Of a stretch of DNA of 64,000 nucleotides, positions 52,302-63,659 are shown piece by piece. The notes under the pieces are model-generated. The model saw only the letters and a program-made list of their open reading frames with translations. It had not been told where the DNA came from and searched no databases. The position numbers and the translations under genes were made by a program. Location of the stretch: positions 1 to 64,000 of the IMG/VR virus record IMGVR_UViG_3300037400_006508; one strand, given 5' to 3'. Source of the DNA: a virus. Taxonomy: Duplodnaviria > Caudoviricetes. How positions within the stretch are numbered: the stretch's first letter is position 1; each line of letters starts with the position of its first letter.

Positions 52302-52928
52302 ATGCACGTAACACGGATAGCGCACACGCCGGATCCGCAGAGGCTCATCGAGACCTGCGCCCGCATTTCGTACGAATCCAAGAACGAGCCGTTCGATCCG
52401 AAGGTGAACTCCGAGTTCATTCGGAAGCTCATCAAGAACGGGCACGAGTCCCCGCTGGAGCACGCGTCAGCCACGTTCCTCATCGAAGGAATCAGCAGGG
52501 CGTGCTCGCATCAGATTGTCAGGCACCGCTTGGCCTCCTTCAGCCAGAAGTCAGGTCGCTATGTGAAGTTCGATCCGGACAAGTGCTCGTTCGTGTGGCC
52601 GCCGTCGATCAAGGACGGCGGATCAAAAGCCGTCATTGCCGCTAACATGGCAATGTCGGCCGCCCATGATTGCTACAATACGCTCATAGACGCCGGGGTA
52701 CCGAAGGAGGACGCCAGGTTCTTCCTTCCGCAGGCTGAGGAAACATCGCTCTACATGACCGCGAACTTCCGCGAGTGGCGCCACTTCCTGCAGCTTCGTT
52801 TGGACAGGCATGCGCAGTGGGAGATCAGAGCGGTCGCACGCGAGATTCTCAGGCAGCTGTGCGTGGACGGCATGTACGACTGCTTCGCAGACATCCAGGC
52901 CAAGTTCGATTGCGAGGAGAAGAGGTGA
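52302..52928 (+). CDS. thyX: Flavin-dependent thymidylate synthase
   Basis: GHESPLEH, ISRACSHQIVRHRLASFSQKSGRY, ARFFLP, NFREWRHFLQLR..HAQWEIR. Confidence 0.95.
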   Translation: MHVTRIAHTPDPQRLIETCARISYESKNEPFDPKVNSEFIRKLIKNGHESPLEHASATFLIEGISRACSHQIVRHRLASFSQKSGRYVKFDPDKCSFVWPPSIKDGGSKAVIAANMAMSAAHDCYNTLIDAGVPKEDARFFLPQAEETSLYMTANFREWRHFLQLRLDRHAQWEIRAVAREILRQLCVDGMYDCFADIQAKFDCEEKR

Positions 52929-53739
52929 GCGACAAGATGTCCAGATTCAAGACCAAGGTCGGCTGGGAAGGGGTTCTATTCTTTTCGTTTGTAGGTATCG
53001 CGGTACTTTTCCTCGGATTTCTTGTCTACATCCTGTTCACCACGTTGGACAGATACGATCATCCGAAGACGTACGGAGACACGATCGAGTACCTTATGCG
53101 GCCGATACAGACAGCCAAGAAGGAGGCGATCAGGCTTGGAGACCAGGAAAGGTTCGAGTATTGGTCCAGTTTGGAAAAAGAGCTGTCTGAAAAATCTATG
53201 GAGGAATCTATGAAAGGAGAGCAACAATGAAAACAGAAGAAGTCAACGAGATCATGAAGCTGCCGGAAATGGACGAGGCAGTTATGATCGGCAGCGTCGA
53301 GGAGAGGGAGAGCTATTTCCCGGCCATAGTCGGATACGACAAGGAGAAGGGAAGGTTCAAATACGACTACAACGAGCTCTGCCATTGCTTCGCAGAGGAG
53401 TTCAGGAAGTCGGACGAGGAGTCCGGAACCGTAGATCCAGAGAAGGACTACGAGACGGACGGCGTCGAGTGGGTCGAGTACAACGTGATCCGCTCGCTGC
53501 CGTATTGGGGCGAGCACGCGCCTGAGATCGTCTATCCGGAGGAAGACCAGTGATAATGGTTTTCTACATACTGGCGTGCTGCATACCGTCGCTCGGGTTC
53601 ATAGCCGCCACGGTGATCCTGGGCCTCAACGACCAAATCTTCCTGGCGTGCTTCTGCCTTGCGTTCGCCGTGATCACGCTGCCGAAGCTGCAGATACAGT
53701 CGCCAGGATGGAAGGACGGAGACAAAGAGGAAAAGAAGG

Positions 53740-54570
53740 ATGAAGATCAAAAAGCCGAATGAAGGGAAATCCAAAATGGAAGGAATGAAATCACAGAAGG
53801 AACTCTCCGACAAGGAGTATACAGTGAAGACCGTAACGAACAATGCCGGTGATGTCAGGTGCTGGTTCGGTAATACCTGTCGCGACGGGTGCGACAAGTA
53901 TGAGAACGGCAAGTGCAGTGGGATAGTGCATCCTACTTACCCGCCGAAGCTGGCCGACTGCCCGTTCGCCAACAAGGCATGTCCCGTGCTCGACAGCTGG
54001 GGCGAGGTTACAGTCGGAGATCCGGAGACAGGATCCGGGCAGGCCACGCTGGGCTACCAGAGACCAATCACCAAGGAGGAGGCCCTAAAGCTGTCCGCTC
54101 CATGGAACGCCTATGTGCGAAAGATCAAGGCTCTGTTCGGAAAGGATCCGCGCATCAAGATCGTGTACGACGAGGAGATGATGAATCTTTCCCTGTACGT
54201 GGACGACATGCCGAAGTGCGAAGCGTTGAAGCAACTGATCCCAAGAACGAAGGAATTTGGAAACGTGGTGCTGGACATAGCCGTACTTCCTTCCGTGGCC
54301 ATGGGTTATTCGTCTTCGGAAGCGCTTTTGAAGACGGCGTTCGACGGCAATCCGGTATTCAAGTCGGCAATCACCGTTAACAAGGACGTGTCGTTCAATC
54401 CTGCTACGTTCGTCCTGTTCAAGAACGAGACCTCGCAGATGTGGAACGACAACCTGTGCGATCCGAACGGTCTGACGACGACGCTGTACCAGGACATCGC
54501 CAAGGATGTTCTGAACCTTCCAAGCAATGTCTACTGCTGCACCGAAGAGGGGCAGGACGTAATTCGATAG
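53740..54570 (+). CDS. Hypothetical phage protein
   Basis: Long coupled ORF with a Cys-rich N-terminal part. Confidence 0.6.
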   Translation: MKIKKPNEGKSKMEGMKSQKELSDKEYTVKTVTNNAGDVRCWFGNTCRDGCDKYENGKCSGIVHPTYPPKLADCPFANKACPVLDSWGEVTVGDPETGSGQATLGYQRPITKEEALKLSAPWNAYVRKIKALFGKDPRIKIVYDEEMMNLSLYVDDMPKCEALKQLIPRTKEFGNVVLDIAVLPSVAMGYSSSEALLKTAFDGNPVFKSAITVNKDVSFNPATFVLFKNETSQMWNDNLCDPNGLTTTLYQDIAKDVLNLPSNVYCCTEEGQDVIR

Positions 54571-54571
54571 G

Positions 54572-57500
54572 GTGACTGCCATGAGCAATGAAATTCCAAG
54601 TTCTCTGAAGGATACGGTAAGGTGGTATCTGGAGAAGAGCGACTTCGAGTTCTTTAGGGACAAGGAGACGCTTGAGAAGTCCCTGTCGGACTATCTTCGA
54701 ATCTCCATCCAGGAGACCAGTCTTCTGTGGAAGCTGTCCGTCGTTTGCAAGGAGTGCGGCGGCATCGGCCTTTACGGGAACGAGCTGTTCGACGGTAACG
54801 ATCAGGATGCGGCCGAGGATTGGAACATGTCCGACATGGGTTACGGACAGTGGATCGTTTACTACACTCCGAGCCTGAAGGCCAAGGTACCGTTGATCCC
54901 GTGGAACAGGATCATAGACATACGTAGTTCCCTTCTGACACCGCTTGCGAAGGATATTGTCCTTGAGTTCGACGGAAAGCTGTTCGAGAAGATACACGAG
55001 CTGCTGTACCATACCGACAACGAGGACGATTCTCCGTGGATCGTGAACTCCGATCGTTGCAAGGCGTTCCACAGGAGCATAAACCTGAAGGACATCGTGG
55101 ACAACGTGGACGACAGTTTCTACGGGTGGGTCGTGGTGAACGAGGACACGGCCAAGAAGCTGTCGGAAGAGAAAGAATCGTTCGTCAAGGAGAATCCGGA
55201 AAACAGGAAGGACCCGTGGTTCATGTACACGCCGAACAGGGATATGATACCGGACAATCTGGCGTACATCGTTCCGAAGGGGTCGATCGTGCTGGAGCAG
55301 GCCCAGTTCCCGTCCGTCTGCCTGAACAAGCAGTTCCATTTCTTCGAGCGTTTTGCGGGCGGGATCTACCGCACGAGGTTCGACGACGGTCTGAAGTCCG
55401 GCATAAAGGTCCTGAACTTCGGCTGCGAATGGTGGGACGACGAAACAAAAACCATCAAGGACGACCAATAGGAGGCAAACATGGGAAACCCGGAACAGGT
55501 GATAAAGATAATCGAAGACGATTACGGCATCAGGATCCTGATCTACGATGGGGACGGATACACGGACAAGCAGCGCCGGCTCATGGACGCGATCGTGAAG
55601 CAGTTCCCGAAGGAAGCCAGGGTCGAGTTCGTGGAAAAGTCTGCCATAGTGCATGAATTGGAGGACAAATAATGAAACTGATCAAGCTGATAATGCCCTC
55701 GCAGGGCGACATGGAGATCGTGAAGCAGGAAGGCGGCGTCATCACGCTCAAGCCGACCTACTTCGGAGGCGAATGCGCCGGCCCCATCGTCCAGTTCGTC
55801 GAGCACGACGAGGAGAACGACAAGCCGGCCGTCCCGGGCGAGAAGGCGAAGTACGACGTCGTGGAGGCGTCGTACCGCATCAAGATCAAGAAGGACAACG
55901 AGCTCAAGCTCATGAGGGCCGAGTGATGGTTCCGTACAACCCAGAGACGAATGTGCCGTGGTTCACGGAGTACGACGTGGACTACATCCTGAAGCACGAC
56001 ATATCCGAGCAGTTCGGCGCGCTTTCCCAGGTGTTCCTGTCGAAGCTGGACCACGTGATGGCGGGCGGCATGCACGCGACAGGCCTTTCGAACGAGTTCC
56101 TGAAGGCCGGCATAAAGTCGTACGAGGCGTGGCTCGCAGGCCAGTGCCGCAAGGCGAGGGACGCAGCCCTGTCCGAACCGGACGGCGTCAAGGTGCTGGA
56201 GGCGTGCGCCAGCGAAGGCCTGAAGACCATGCTTCGCGGCATGGAGCCGATAAAGCCGGAGGACAGCAACAAATGAGAATGAACGTAAGCAGGGTGCCGT
56301 CGATGGCGGAGAGGGGCGGAGACAGCAAAGTGATGCTCAACATCTCGCTCCAGGCCGGAAAGCAGCTTGCCCAGGTCATGCAGTTCCTCGGCATCTCCTC
56401 GATAAGGCTTTCCTCCGTCGAGACCATGGGGAGCAGCAACCTGAAGATGGACGAGGTGCGTTTCTTCGACGGCGTACCGCAGGGCCTGTTCAAGTGGTCG
56501 AACAACTGCCTGTCCGGGCTGTGTTCCTTCATGGAGGCATTCGGGATACTTGAGGTGTCGCTCGAACCCGACTCCGGCGACGAGCAGACCCTGTCCCGCA
56601 TGTGGACCATGCTGGAGAACGACAATTCGCAGGTCCATCCCCTGAAGGGTCAGAGGAGCCGTCCAGCCGTACCGCAGACGGCAGGTCCCGTCGACGAAGG
56701 GAGGCCCACGGCCGGAACCCCTGCCGAGAACGATCTCGGGGAGATCGTGCTGTGACCGAACAGGAGTACGTCCCCGAGTACGACGAGCTCGGAAGGGAGC
56801 TGGTCGACGACGGGTACGGAAAAAAGATACCGCTGTCAGGAAGGATGAACCCGTTCGACAAGTTCACGGTGAAGCAGCGGACGAAGATATCCGCCGTGTA
56901 CACCATGATAGCGCAGGCCCTGCCCGTGGAGGGCAAGGACTACCTCGTCGAGTTCAGCTTCCCGGATCCGGACGGGAACCCGAACATAGCGCTCCGGGCC
57001 AAGACGGAGATCGGAGCGGACTTCATACGGCATTTGTCGAAAACCCTAAAAACCCAATAGGTAAAAAAAAATGGAAGAGAACAAGGATAACAAAGAGAAC
57101 GCCGCGCCCGTCGAGGCCGGCGGGAACAAAGAGGAAGAGAAGAAGCGCAAGGTCGTCATCGGCCCCGAGGTGAAGGTCATCTTCTCCGGCGGAGGCTCCG
57201 AGGAGGTCGTCATGTCGAAGAGGGACATCTTCTCCGTCATGAACACGATCACGAACCGGCTCGCCAAGACGAAGTCCAGGGAGGAGATGGAGGCCATCAC
57301 GGTGTCCGTACACTCCGTGGAGAGCCCGGAGAAGTCCGATCCGCCCGCGGAGGGGGAGGAGCGCTTCGAGGGGCCCTACCTCGTCGCCGGCCTGGAGATC
57401 GAAGGCATGAAGATCCCGGAGGCCGCGTCCGAGCTCACGAAGGGCGTCATCCCGGGCGACGCGGCCATCAAGCAGTTCGAGCTCCTGTCCGAGCAGCTGT

Positions 57501-57862
57501 TCCTGCGCTCGATGATGGACACGGTGACGATCGTCGCCGGGTTCTCGACGGGCATGGCGATCATCCCGCTCATCAATTCGATGCGCGACGTCGAGGGCAG
57601 GACGCTGGTGGAGATGTACCACGGCCTGCACGACGCCGCCGAGCGGCTCCGCGCCTTCTGCACGAAGAACTTCCCGGACAAGGGTATCAACTTCGACAAG
57701 AGGCCGGAGGACGCGGAGGCCGGGAAGGAGACGAGCCTCGACGGCACGGTGGAGAAGAAGATCGTCCTTCCGTCCGGCCTCCCCGCCTCGATGGCGGAGA
57801 AGGGCGTGGTCACGCCCGAGGAGGCCCGCAAGGACCAGGTGAAGGTCGTGCACCTTGTTTAG
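54572..57862 (+). CDS. Run of hypothetical genes (54572-55471, 55481-55672, 55672-55926, ~55926-56276, ~56273-56755, ~56752-57060, 57071-57862)
   Basis: Coupled ORFs, consistent codon bias. Confidence 0.55.
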
Positions 57863-57890
57863 GAGGGGCCAGTCCTTCTTCGGCACGCAC

Positions 57891-58301
57891 ATGGCCGGCC
57901 TGCGCCACCGCAGGATGGCCAGGCTGCTCTCCGCGTTCCCGGACATGGACTCCGTGAGGACGATGTGGGATCTGTGCCTGGCCATCCTCGGGGACGTACA
58001 GGCGCGCCTGGACGGCCATTCCTACGCTCGCCACCGCTGCGAGAGGATGGTCTGGGCGGCCGAGAGGGAGGGGCTGATACGGAGGCTCCCCACGACCATG
58101 CGGTCGAAGGCGGTACCCCCGGAGCGCAGGCACCGCGGCGAGAACGCGTACCGCATGCTGCCGGAGGGGCTCCGCTGGCTGGGAGAGCAGCTCTCGTACG
58201 AGAGGCACCTGTCCAGGATGGAGGAGCTCAAGGAGATAACCCGTGCGAAGCGAACGGCCCGCCGCACGGTCGCAACGAAGGCCGGGAGTAAACACACATG
58301 A
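57891..58301 (+). CDS. Possible winged-helix DNA-binding protein
   Basis: AEREGLIRR...NAYRMLPEGLRWL resembles a wHTH wing; start uncertain. Confidence 0.35.
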   Translation: MAGLRHRRMARLLSAFPDMDSVRTMWDLCLAILGDVQARLDGHSYARHRCERMVWAAEREGLIRRLPTTMRSKAVPPERRHRGENAYRMLPEGLRWLGEQLSYERHLSRMEELKEITRAKRTARRTVATKAGSKHT

Positions 58302-58610
58302 AGAAGAACGACAAGGAATGCAAGGCCGAACGCGGCCTCAAGGAGACGATCGCCTCGATCAAGCTGCCCGCCTGGGTCAAGCGGCTGCACGCCGAGCTCA
58401 AGCAGCTCATCGACCGGCTCGCCAAGCTGGACGAGGCCCTCGACAAGCTCCAGGGACTGGTCGAGCGCAAGGAGGCAAGCCGCGAGGACAAGGCCTCCCT
58501 GCGCCTGATGAAGAGGCAGCGCAAGGCCATGCTGGCGTACCGCACCGCCCTCGAGGCGAGGCTCGCCCTTTCCGATCTGGAATCCGAACCCTGCGGCAAA
58601 TAACGACGGC

Positions 58611-58648
58611 CCCGGCACGGGTACTATTCCATGCTGCCCCGTGCCGGG
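58611..58648. repeat. Intergenic inverted repeat
   Basis: CCCGGCACGGG ... CCCGTGCCGGG, 11-bp stem between 58603 and 58686. Confidence 0.5.
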
Positions 58649-58685
58649 ACATTGGCACACGGACCAAACATAGCGGAGGTGACAG

Positions 58686-59429
58686 ATGAGGCTCAGGAAC
58701 GCGACACACTCGATAAAGTACTCCAAGCTGGCGAACAAACAGCTGCAACCCGATGGGGTTACGCGTGACCTTCCGGTCATCAGGGACTTCATTTCGGACT
58801 TGATCGACTCGTGCAGGGGCATGATAGTCACCCTAGATCCTTCGGATCTAGACGCCATCAACTCGCTGTTGGACAGGGCAAAGGAACAACCTATAGACTT
58901 TTCAATGCTTTCCATTCATGACGACGACCCTACCGGCATGAAGGAGAAGGACAGGGTTCTCAGGGAACGCAGGGCGACGAAGCAGGCCATGCAGAGCGAG
59001 GCCATGCGCATCCTTCGTGAACGGGAGGAGCGCATCAAGGCCGAGTCGAACATGCTGGACGAATCCGGCAACCCGATCAACGACAAGCTCCTGTCCCAGG
59101 CAAGCATCAAGGACATCAAGCCGGAGCTGCACCCCGAGATGGGCAACGAGCTCGACAAGATCATGGCCAACAACATGGCCGTCCTCGAGAAGAAGGACGA
59201 GGAGAAGCCGAAGGTCCCGTATACGCTCACTCTCGGCGTCGACGATTTCGCCAAGGACAGGAACGCGATCATGGCGAAGAGGGACGGAACCCCGGTTCCG
59301 CACGATCCGAAGCATTACCAGAGCGAAACCAGGGCCGTACCTCCCGGCGTTCCGGACGTACCCGGGGCCGCGCAGCAGTACAGGGACGCCTCGAACTGGA
59401 GGCCGGCTCCGGGCATGCCGACGACATGA
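58686..59429 (+). CDS. Hypothetical protein
   Basis: GGAGGT RBS; coupled to the next gene. Confidence 0.6.
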   Translation: MRLRNATHSIKYSKLANKQLQPDGVTRDLPVIRDFISDLIDSCRGMIVTLDPSDLDAINSLLDRAKEQPIDFSMLSIHDDDPTGMKEKDRVLRERRATKQAMQSEAMRILREREERIKAESNMLDESGNPINDKLLSQASIKDIKPELHPEMGNELDKIMANNMAVLEKKDEEKPKVPYTLTLGVDDFAKDRNAIMAKRDGTPVPHDPKHYQSETRAVPPGVPDVPGAAQQYRDASNWRPAPGMPTT

Positions 59430-61264
59430 CGCAGGAAGTCGTACCGGTATTGTACAGCATAGATCTGGCGCACGAGAAGTACCAGATCGTGGACGCGTTC
59501 ACACTGTTCCTTTCGTCGCTGGCAAGCGTATGCAAGAACAGCTCGAAGGCGCTCGATGTAGCAATCGTGTGCAGGGGATGGGAGTCCAGGCACCATGACG
59601 CGGTACGGCTGGTCATGAGCTACGCCCCTTCGGGGAGCCGGGTTTCGTTCGTGGACAACATCGATGAAAAGTACGATGACCTGCGTAGGGTCAAGTCGTC
59701 CATAGATTCGCACGGATGGCCGAAGTGCATCATGGACCGGCTGGCCATACGCAGCATATTCACGGGCTACGGCTGGGCGTTCTTCCTCGACATGGACGTC
59801 CTCTTTTCCGACGATATCTTCAACTCCATGAAGGATGCGGAGGACGACGTCGCCTTCTACGCCGTTCCGGACGGGTACATAACCCAGGTGAAGGGAAAGG
59901 ACCGGGAGGAAGAGGTGTCCAAGCATCGCGGGATACCCAGGTTCTCGGCCGGGTGCGTGCTTTGCAACATGTCGTTGTTCCCCACGCTGAAGCAGTGCGT
60001 GGACTATTACTTCGACAACAAGGCCGACATGGATTCCAATTGCTTCACGATGGAGCAGGACATAATGTCGTACTACGCGTGGGACAAGGGCCTGAAGACA
60101 GCCTGTTTCGACAGTACCACGCACACCCTGCCGTTCCTGTACTGGGAAAGCGTCCCCGACTCCGATGTGGAGTACTGCTACTCGAGGTTCGGCGTCAAGG
60201 GCGCAAGGAAGCCCACGTTCAACGGGATCAAGTGCCTACACATGGCGGGGAAGGGGAAGGAACGCGGATTCTACGACCCCGACAGCGACGAGTACAGGTT
60301 CTCGAAGGAGTACAGGAGGATAGCCGATCGCGCCATAGACGCGACTACCTTGTCGTATCCGATGGTTCTCAAGAAGTTCGCAAGGGCCACCGACGTCGTA
60401 AGAAGGACGTCGCCCAACAGGCCGTTCAGCGACGAGCCGCACAGGCGTACCGTCGTCTATTCGAATTCGGGGTCCGAAAGGTGGAGGGACTTTCTTACGC
60501 CTTCCGTGCTTTCTCTGTCCTCGCATTCGTCGGTCGATCTGAGGATAGTCGTCCTGGAGAACGCCGGAAACGCCTCTTCGCCGTACGACAAGGACTTGTT
60601 GAGGAAGGCCGCCGGGGAACGGAACTACGTAGAGTACAGGGAGGTGGACCTGGACCTCGGCATTTTTTCGGACAACAGGTGGACCGGTGTAAATCTCCAC
60701 AAGCTGTTCATGCACTCCATTCTTGGTGACATAGACGACTACTGCCTCTTCATGGACAGCGACGTGATGGTGATCGACGACATAGGTCCTTTGTTCTCGG
60801 TCTGCGACGCGCAGCCTACGAAGGACAAGTTTCTCGGCACGTTGAACTGGTTCCACTTCACCGACAGGCATCCAATACCCGTGCAGCCGGCCGGCGGATT
60901 CTTCTTCATGCACCCGAACGGATATCCGGCCAGAGCCGCGTACAAGAGGATGTTCACGTCGGAATGGCACGACAACGATGAATACGTCATAGGCGACTGC
61001 GTGGATCCGTCTGATTTCGTAAATCTCGACAATGCCAGCATAGAGGCCATAACCGAGGGGGGAGCAAACGGACAGGAAAGGAGGGACAGGCTGGCCAAGG
61101 CCGGAATACCGGAAGGAAGGGTGTTCGCCGTCCATTTCCTGTCGTCGTCCGTCAGCGACAGGTTCAACAGGCTCAGGATGAGGAAGGACTTCAGGAGGTA
61201 CGTAGACGACTGGAACGTCTACCGCAGGCTGGCCGGGTTCGTATACGGGAGGGAACCGTCATGA
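59426..61264 (+). CDS. Tandem two-domain GT-A (GT8-like) glycosyltransferase
   Basis: Two DxD motifs in a GT8-like context (AFFLDMDVL, CLFMDSDVMV), FSAGCVLCN, MEQDIM, CLHMAG / AVHF. Confidence 0.75.
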   Translation: MTQEVVPVLYSIDLAHEKYQIVDAFTLFLSSLASVCKNSSKALDVAIVCRGWESRHHDAVRLVMSYAPSGSRVSFVDNIDEKYDDLRRVKSSIDSHGWPKCIMDRLAIRSIFTGYGWAFFLDMDVLFSDDIFNSMKDAEDDVAFYAVPDGYITQVKGKDREEEVSKHRGIPRFSAGCVLCNMSLFPTLKQCVDYYFDNKADMDSNCFTMEQDIMSYYAWDKGLKTACFDSTTHTLPFLYWESVPDSDVEYCYSRFGVKGARKPTFNGIKCLHMAGKGKERGFYDPDSDEYRFSKEYRRIADRAIDATTLSYPMVLKKFARATDVVRRTSPNRPFSDEPHRRTVVYSNSGSERWRDFLTPSVLSLSSHSSVDLRIVVLENAGNASSPYDKDLLRKAAGERNYVEYREVDLDLGIFSDNRWTGVNLHKLFMHSILGDIDDYCLFMDSDVMVIDDIGPLFSVCDAQPTKDKFLGTLNWFHFTDRHPIPVQPAGGFFFMHPNGYPARAAYKRMFTSEWHDNDEYVIGDCVDPSDFVNLDNASIEAITEGGANGQERRDRLAKAGIPEGRVFAVHFLSSSVSDRFNRLRMRKDFRRYVDDWNVYRRLAGFVYGREPS

Positions 61265-61986
61265 TGCCCGGCACGGCGATAGTACCGTTTGCAAGCGTGT
61301 CGCTGCACGACGCGTCCCTGGTGTATTCGTGCCTGTCCGAGCTGTCCTCCATCGGGTGCAGGCAGGCCATCGTGCAGTGCGGGTCCGGCAGGTGCAGGGA
61401 CGCGTTCTTCGAGTATGCCGCCTCCGTACGGGGCAAGGAGAACCTCGGCATCAGGTGTTCCGTGGAGATCGCGAGGTCGACGTGCGGCAACGGCGTTACG
61501 GCCGTAGGGCACTTGCTGCTTTCGTCGGTCGAGCATCCGTACCTTTCAGGGGAGAGAACGGCGTTGCTATGCCCGCCGTGGTGGTCGAAGAACAGGGACT
61601 ACCGGGAGCTGGACTGCTTTTCGCTGGCCGACAACGACGATGTCGTGTCCGTCATGCTATCAGGATGGTACTGGGCTTTTTGCGGCGGAAAGATGAACTA
61701 CGTGCCACGCGACTGCAGGTACGAAGGGTGCCATGCGGTTCGGTCCTGGTACCGTTGCGAGAACCATGTGTTCAACGCCGATGCGCCGCAGATCGTGAAT
61801 CTCAGGCATTTCAGGCACGGCGGAATACTGGAGGACCTGGGCGAGTACAACGGCGTGCTGAGGCACGTCAGGTCGAGCTATTGGGGAAGGGACGACATCA
61901 ACATGGTGCTTGTGCCGAAGGACGTCAAACCCATGTTCGACGATGTTCTCGGGATGGATCCCGGATACAGGAGCGAGCCATGCTGA
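61261..61986 (+). CDS. Hypothetical protein in the glycosyltransferase cluster
   Basis: Coupled ORF between two GT genes. Confidence 0.5.
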   Translation: MMPGTAIVPFASVSLHDASLVYSCLSELSSIGCRQAIVQCGSGRCRDAFFEYAASVRGKENLGIRCSVEIARSTCGNGVTAVGHLLLSSVEHPYLSGERTALLCPPWWSKNRDYRELDCFSLADNDDVVSVMLSGWYWAFCGGKMNYVPRDCRYEGCHAVRSWYRCENHVFNADAPQIVNLRHFRHGGILEDLGEYNGVLRHVRSSYWGRDDINMVLVPKDVKPMFDDVLGMDPGYRSEPC

Positions 61987-63656
61987 AGCTGTTCCAGTTC
62001 GACGAGGGGAAGCCCAGGATGATTTCCCTGCGCACGATGTTCCTGCCGTCCCACGTGTTCATCGTGGGAGGCAGCCCGTATCTGAAGAAGCAGAACTACA
62101 AGCTGCTGGAGAGCAGGGGTGTGTTCTCCATAGGGCTCAACAACGTAAGCCGCCTGGTAAGGACGTCCTGTTGCATGACGTTCGACAACCCGAAATGCTA
62201 TTACAGGAGCGTATTGCTGGATTCCGGCATGACGAAGCTGGCGCGCCTCCAGCATTCCAACGACGAGGTTCTGGACGGCACAAGATGGAACTCGATACCA
62301 AATACCCTTTTCTTCAACCACAAGAACGGGCCTCTTTCGGAGGGGTCCCTTGGGTCTGACGAGCTTGTGTGCCCGAACTCGGTGCTAGCCTCGGCCGTTG
62401 CGTTCGCCCTGGCCACCGGCACCAAGAAGATCATACTGTCCGGGTGCGATTTCGAGGCCGGCGGCTATTGTTACTCGGATGACAAGCTGAAGGGCGACAA
62501 GCTGGAGTGGAACGACCTGCTGTACAACGAGCAGATAGACTGGCTGGTCGGGCTCAAGCCGATGCTCGACAGGATGGGGGTGTCGATCATAGACACCAGC
62601 TACAGGTCCAAGCTTGGCGGCGTGTACCAGCAGTGCTCCATAGATTTCGCGGTCAAAAACATAGTCAGCGGGAACGACAGGGTCGATGAAGGGCACAAGC
62701 CGGGACACGTGTTCGACTACATAGACAAGGTGGCCGTAAAGGTGCCCGAAAGAATGGAGGTCGCACGCGCAAGGAGGAGAAGGATAGGAAGCGGCGTACC
62801 GGTTGTTTCGGCGCTTGACGTGCGCGACGACGGGTTCGACGGCAACACGTACGTCCTCATTTGCCTGTGCTTCCTGCATTCCCTGTCCGAGTCGAATCCC
62901 GGAAGGAAGGTGTATCTGTTCCTGAGCGGAGAGCGGGAGAAGCATCTCAGGATGATCAAAAGAGCGGCCAAGGGACTCGATCTCAAGATCGTACGGCTCT
63001 CGGAGGAGAAGAAAAAGATGATACCGGTGCAGGGCCAGCGTGGGTTCTCGACGAACCTCAGGTGTGCCCTTCCGAAACTTCTTGTCAACGAGGACAGGTG
63101 CATATGGATGGACTGCGACCTGATCGTGAACGACAACCTGGACTGGCTGGAGGAGGAGGCCGACAGGGCCTGGGAGCTGAACGGCAGGAAGCATTTCTTC
63201 CAGGGCTGCATAGATCTGGGCTACTGCTCCACCGACCAGAGTCTCGTTTACACCAACGCGGGGGTCGAGTTCATTCGCATGAAGGAGCTGCGCGACACGG
63301 GAATGGACGACGAGCTCCTGCATTTGTGCGAGATATGGAGCAGGAACGGCGCGTACGACAACAAGGCGTCGGACCAGAACACGATAAACGCCATGGGCGC
63401 CGATTACATTTCGCCGACGTGGAACGTGACCGAGCTGACGGTCCACAACAACTACGCCCAGGACAGGGTGCTGTGGGAGGATTATGGGCGCGTGTTCCAT
63501 TACATCGGATACAAATGGCTCATACCGAAGAGGAAAAACAAGATGGTGGACAGGCTGTCGGACAGGATGAAAAAGGTCAAAAAGGACCTGGGGGACGGCA
63601 TATTCGATTTCGACGGCGGCGGCTTTTGGCAGGAGTTCTGCAACAGACAGGAGTAA
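61980..63656 (+). CDS. Fusion of a Maf/DUF115-like (sialyltransferase-like) domain and a GT8-like glycosyltransferase
   Basis: N-term HVFIVGGSPYL, IGLNN, KIILSGCDF; C-term CIWMDCDLIV, YTNAGV, SDQNTINA, FHYIG. Confidence 0.75.
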   Translation: MLKLFQFDEGKPRMISLRTMFLPSHVFIVGGSPYLKKQNYKLLESRGVFSIGLNNVSRLVRTSCCMTFDNPKCYYRSVLLDSGMTKLARLQHSNDEVLDGTRWNSIPNTLFFNHKNGPLSEGSLGSDELVCPNSVLASAVAFALATGTKKIILSGCDFEAGGYCYSDDKLKGDKLEWNDLLYNEQIDWLVGLKPMLDRMGVSIIDTSYRSKLGGVYQQCSIDFAVKNIVSGNDRVDEGHKPGHVFDYIDKVAVKVPERMEVARARRRRIGSGVPVVSALDVRDDGFDGNTYVLICLCFLHSLSESNPGRKVYLFLSGEREKHLRMIKRAAKGLDLKIVRLSEEKKKMIPVQGQRGFSTNLRCALPKLLVNEDRCIWMDCDLIVNDNLDWLEEEADRAWELNGRKHFFQGCIDLGYCSTDQSLVYTNAGVEFIRMKELRDTGMDDELLHLCEIWSRNGAYDNKASDQNTINAMGADYISPTWNVTELTVHNNYAQDRVLWEDYGRVFHYIGYKWLIPKRKNKMVDRLSDRMKKVKKDLGDGIFDFDGGGFWQEFCNRQE

Positions 63657-63659
63657 AAA

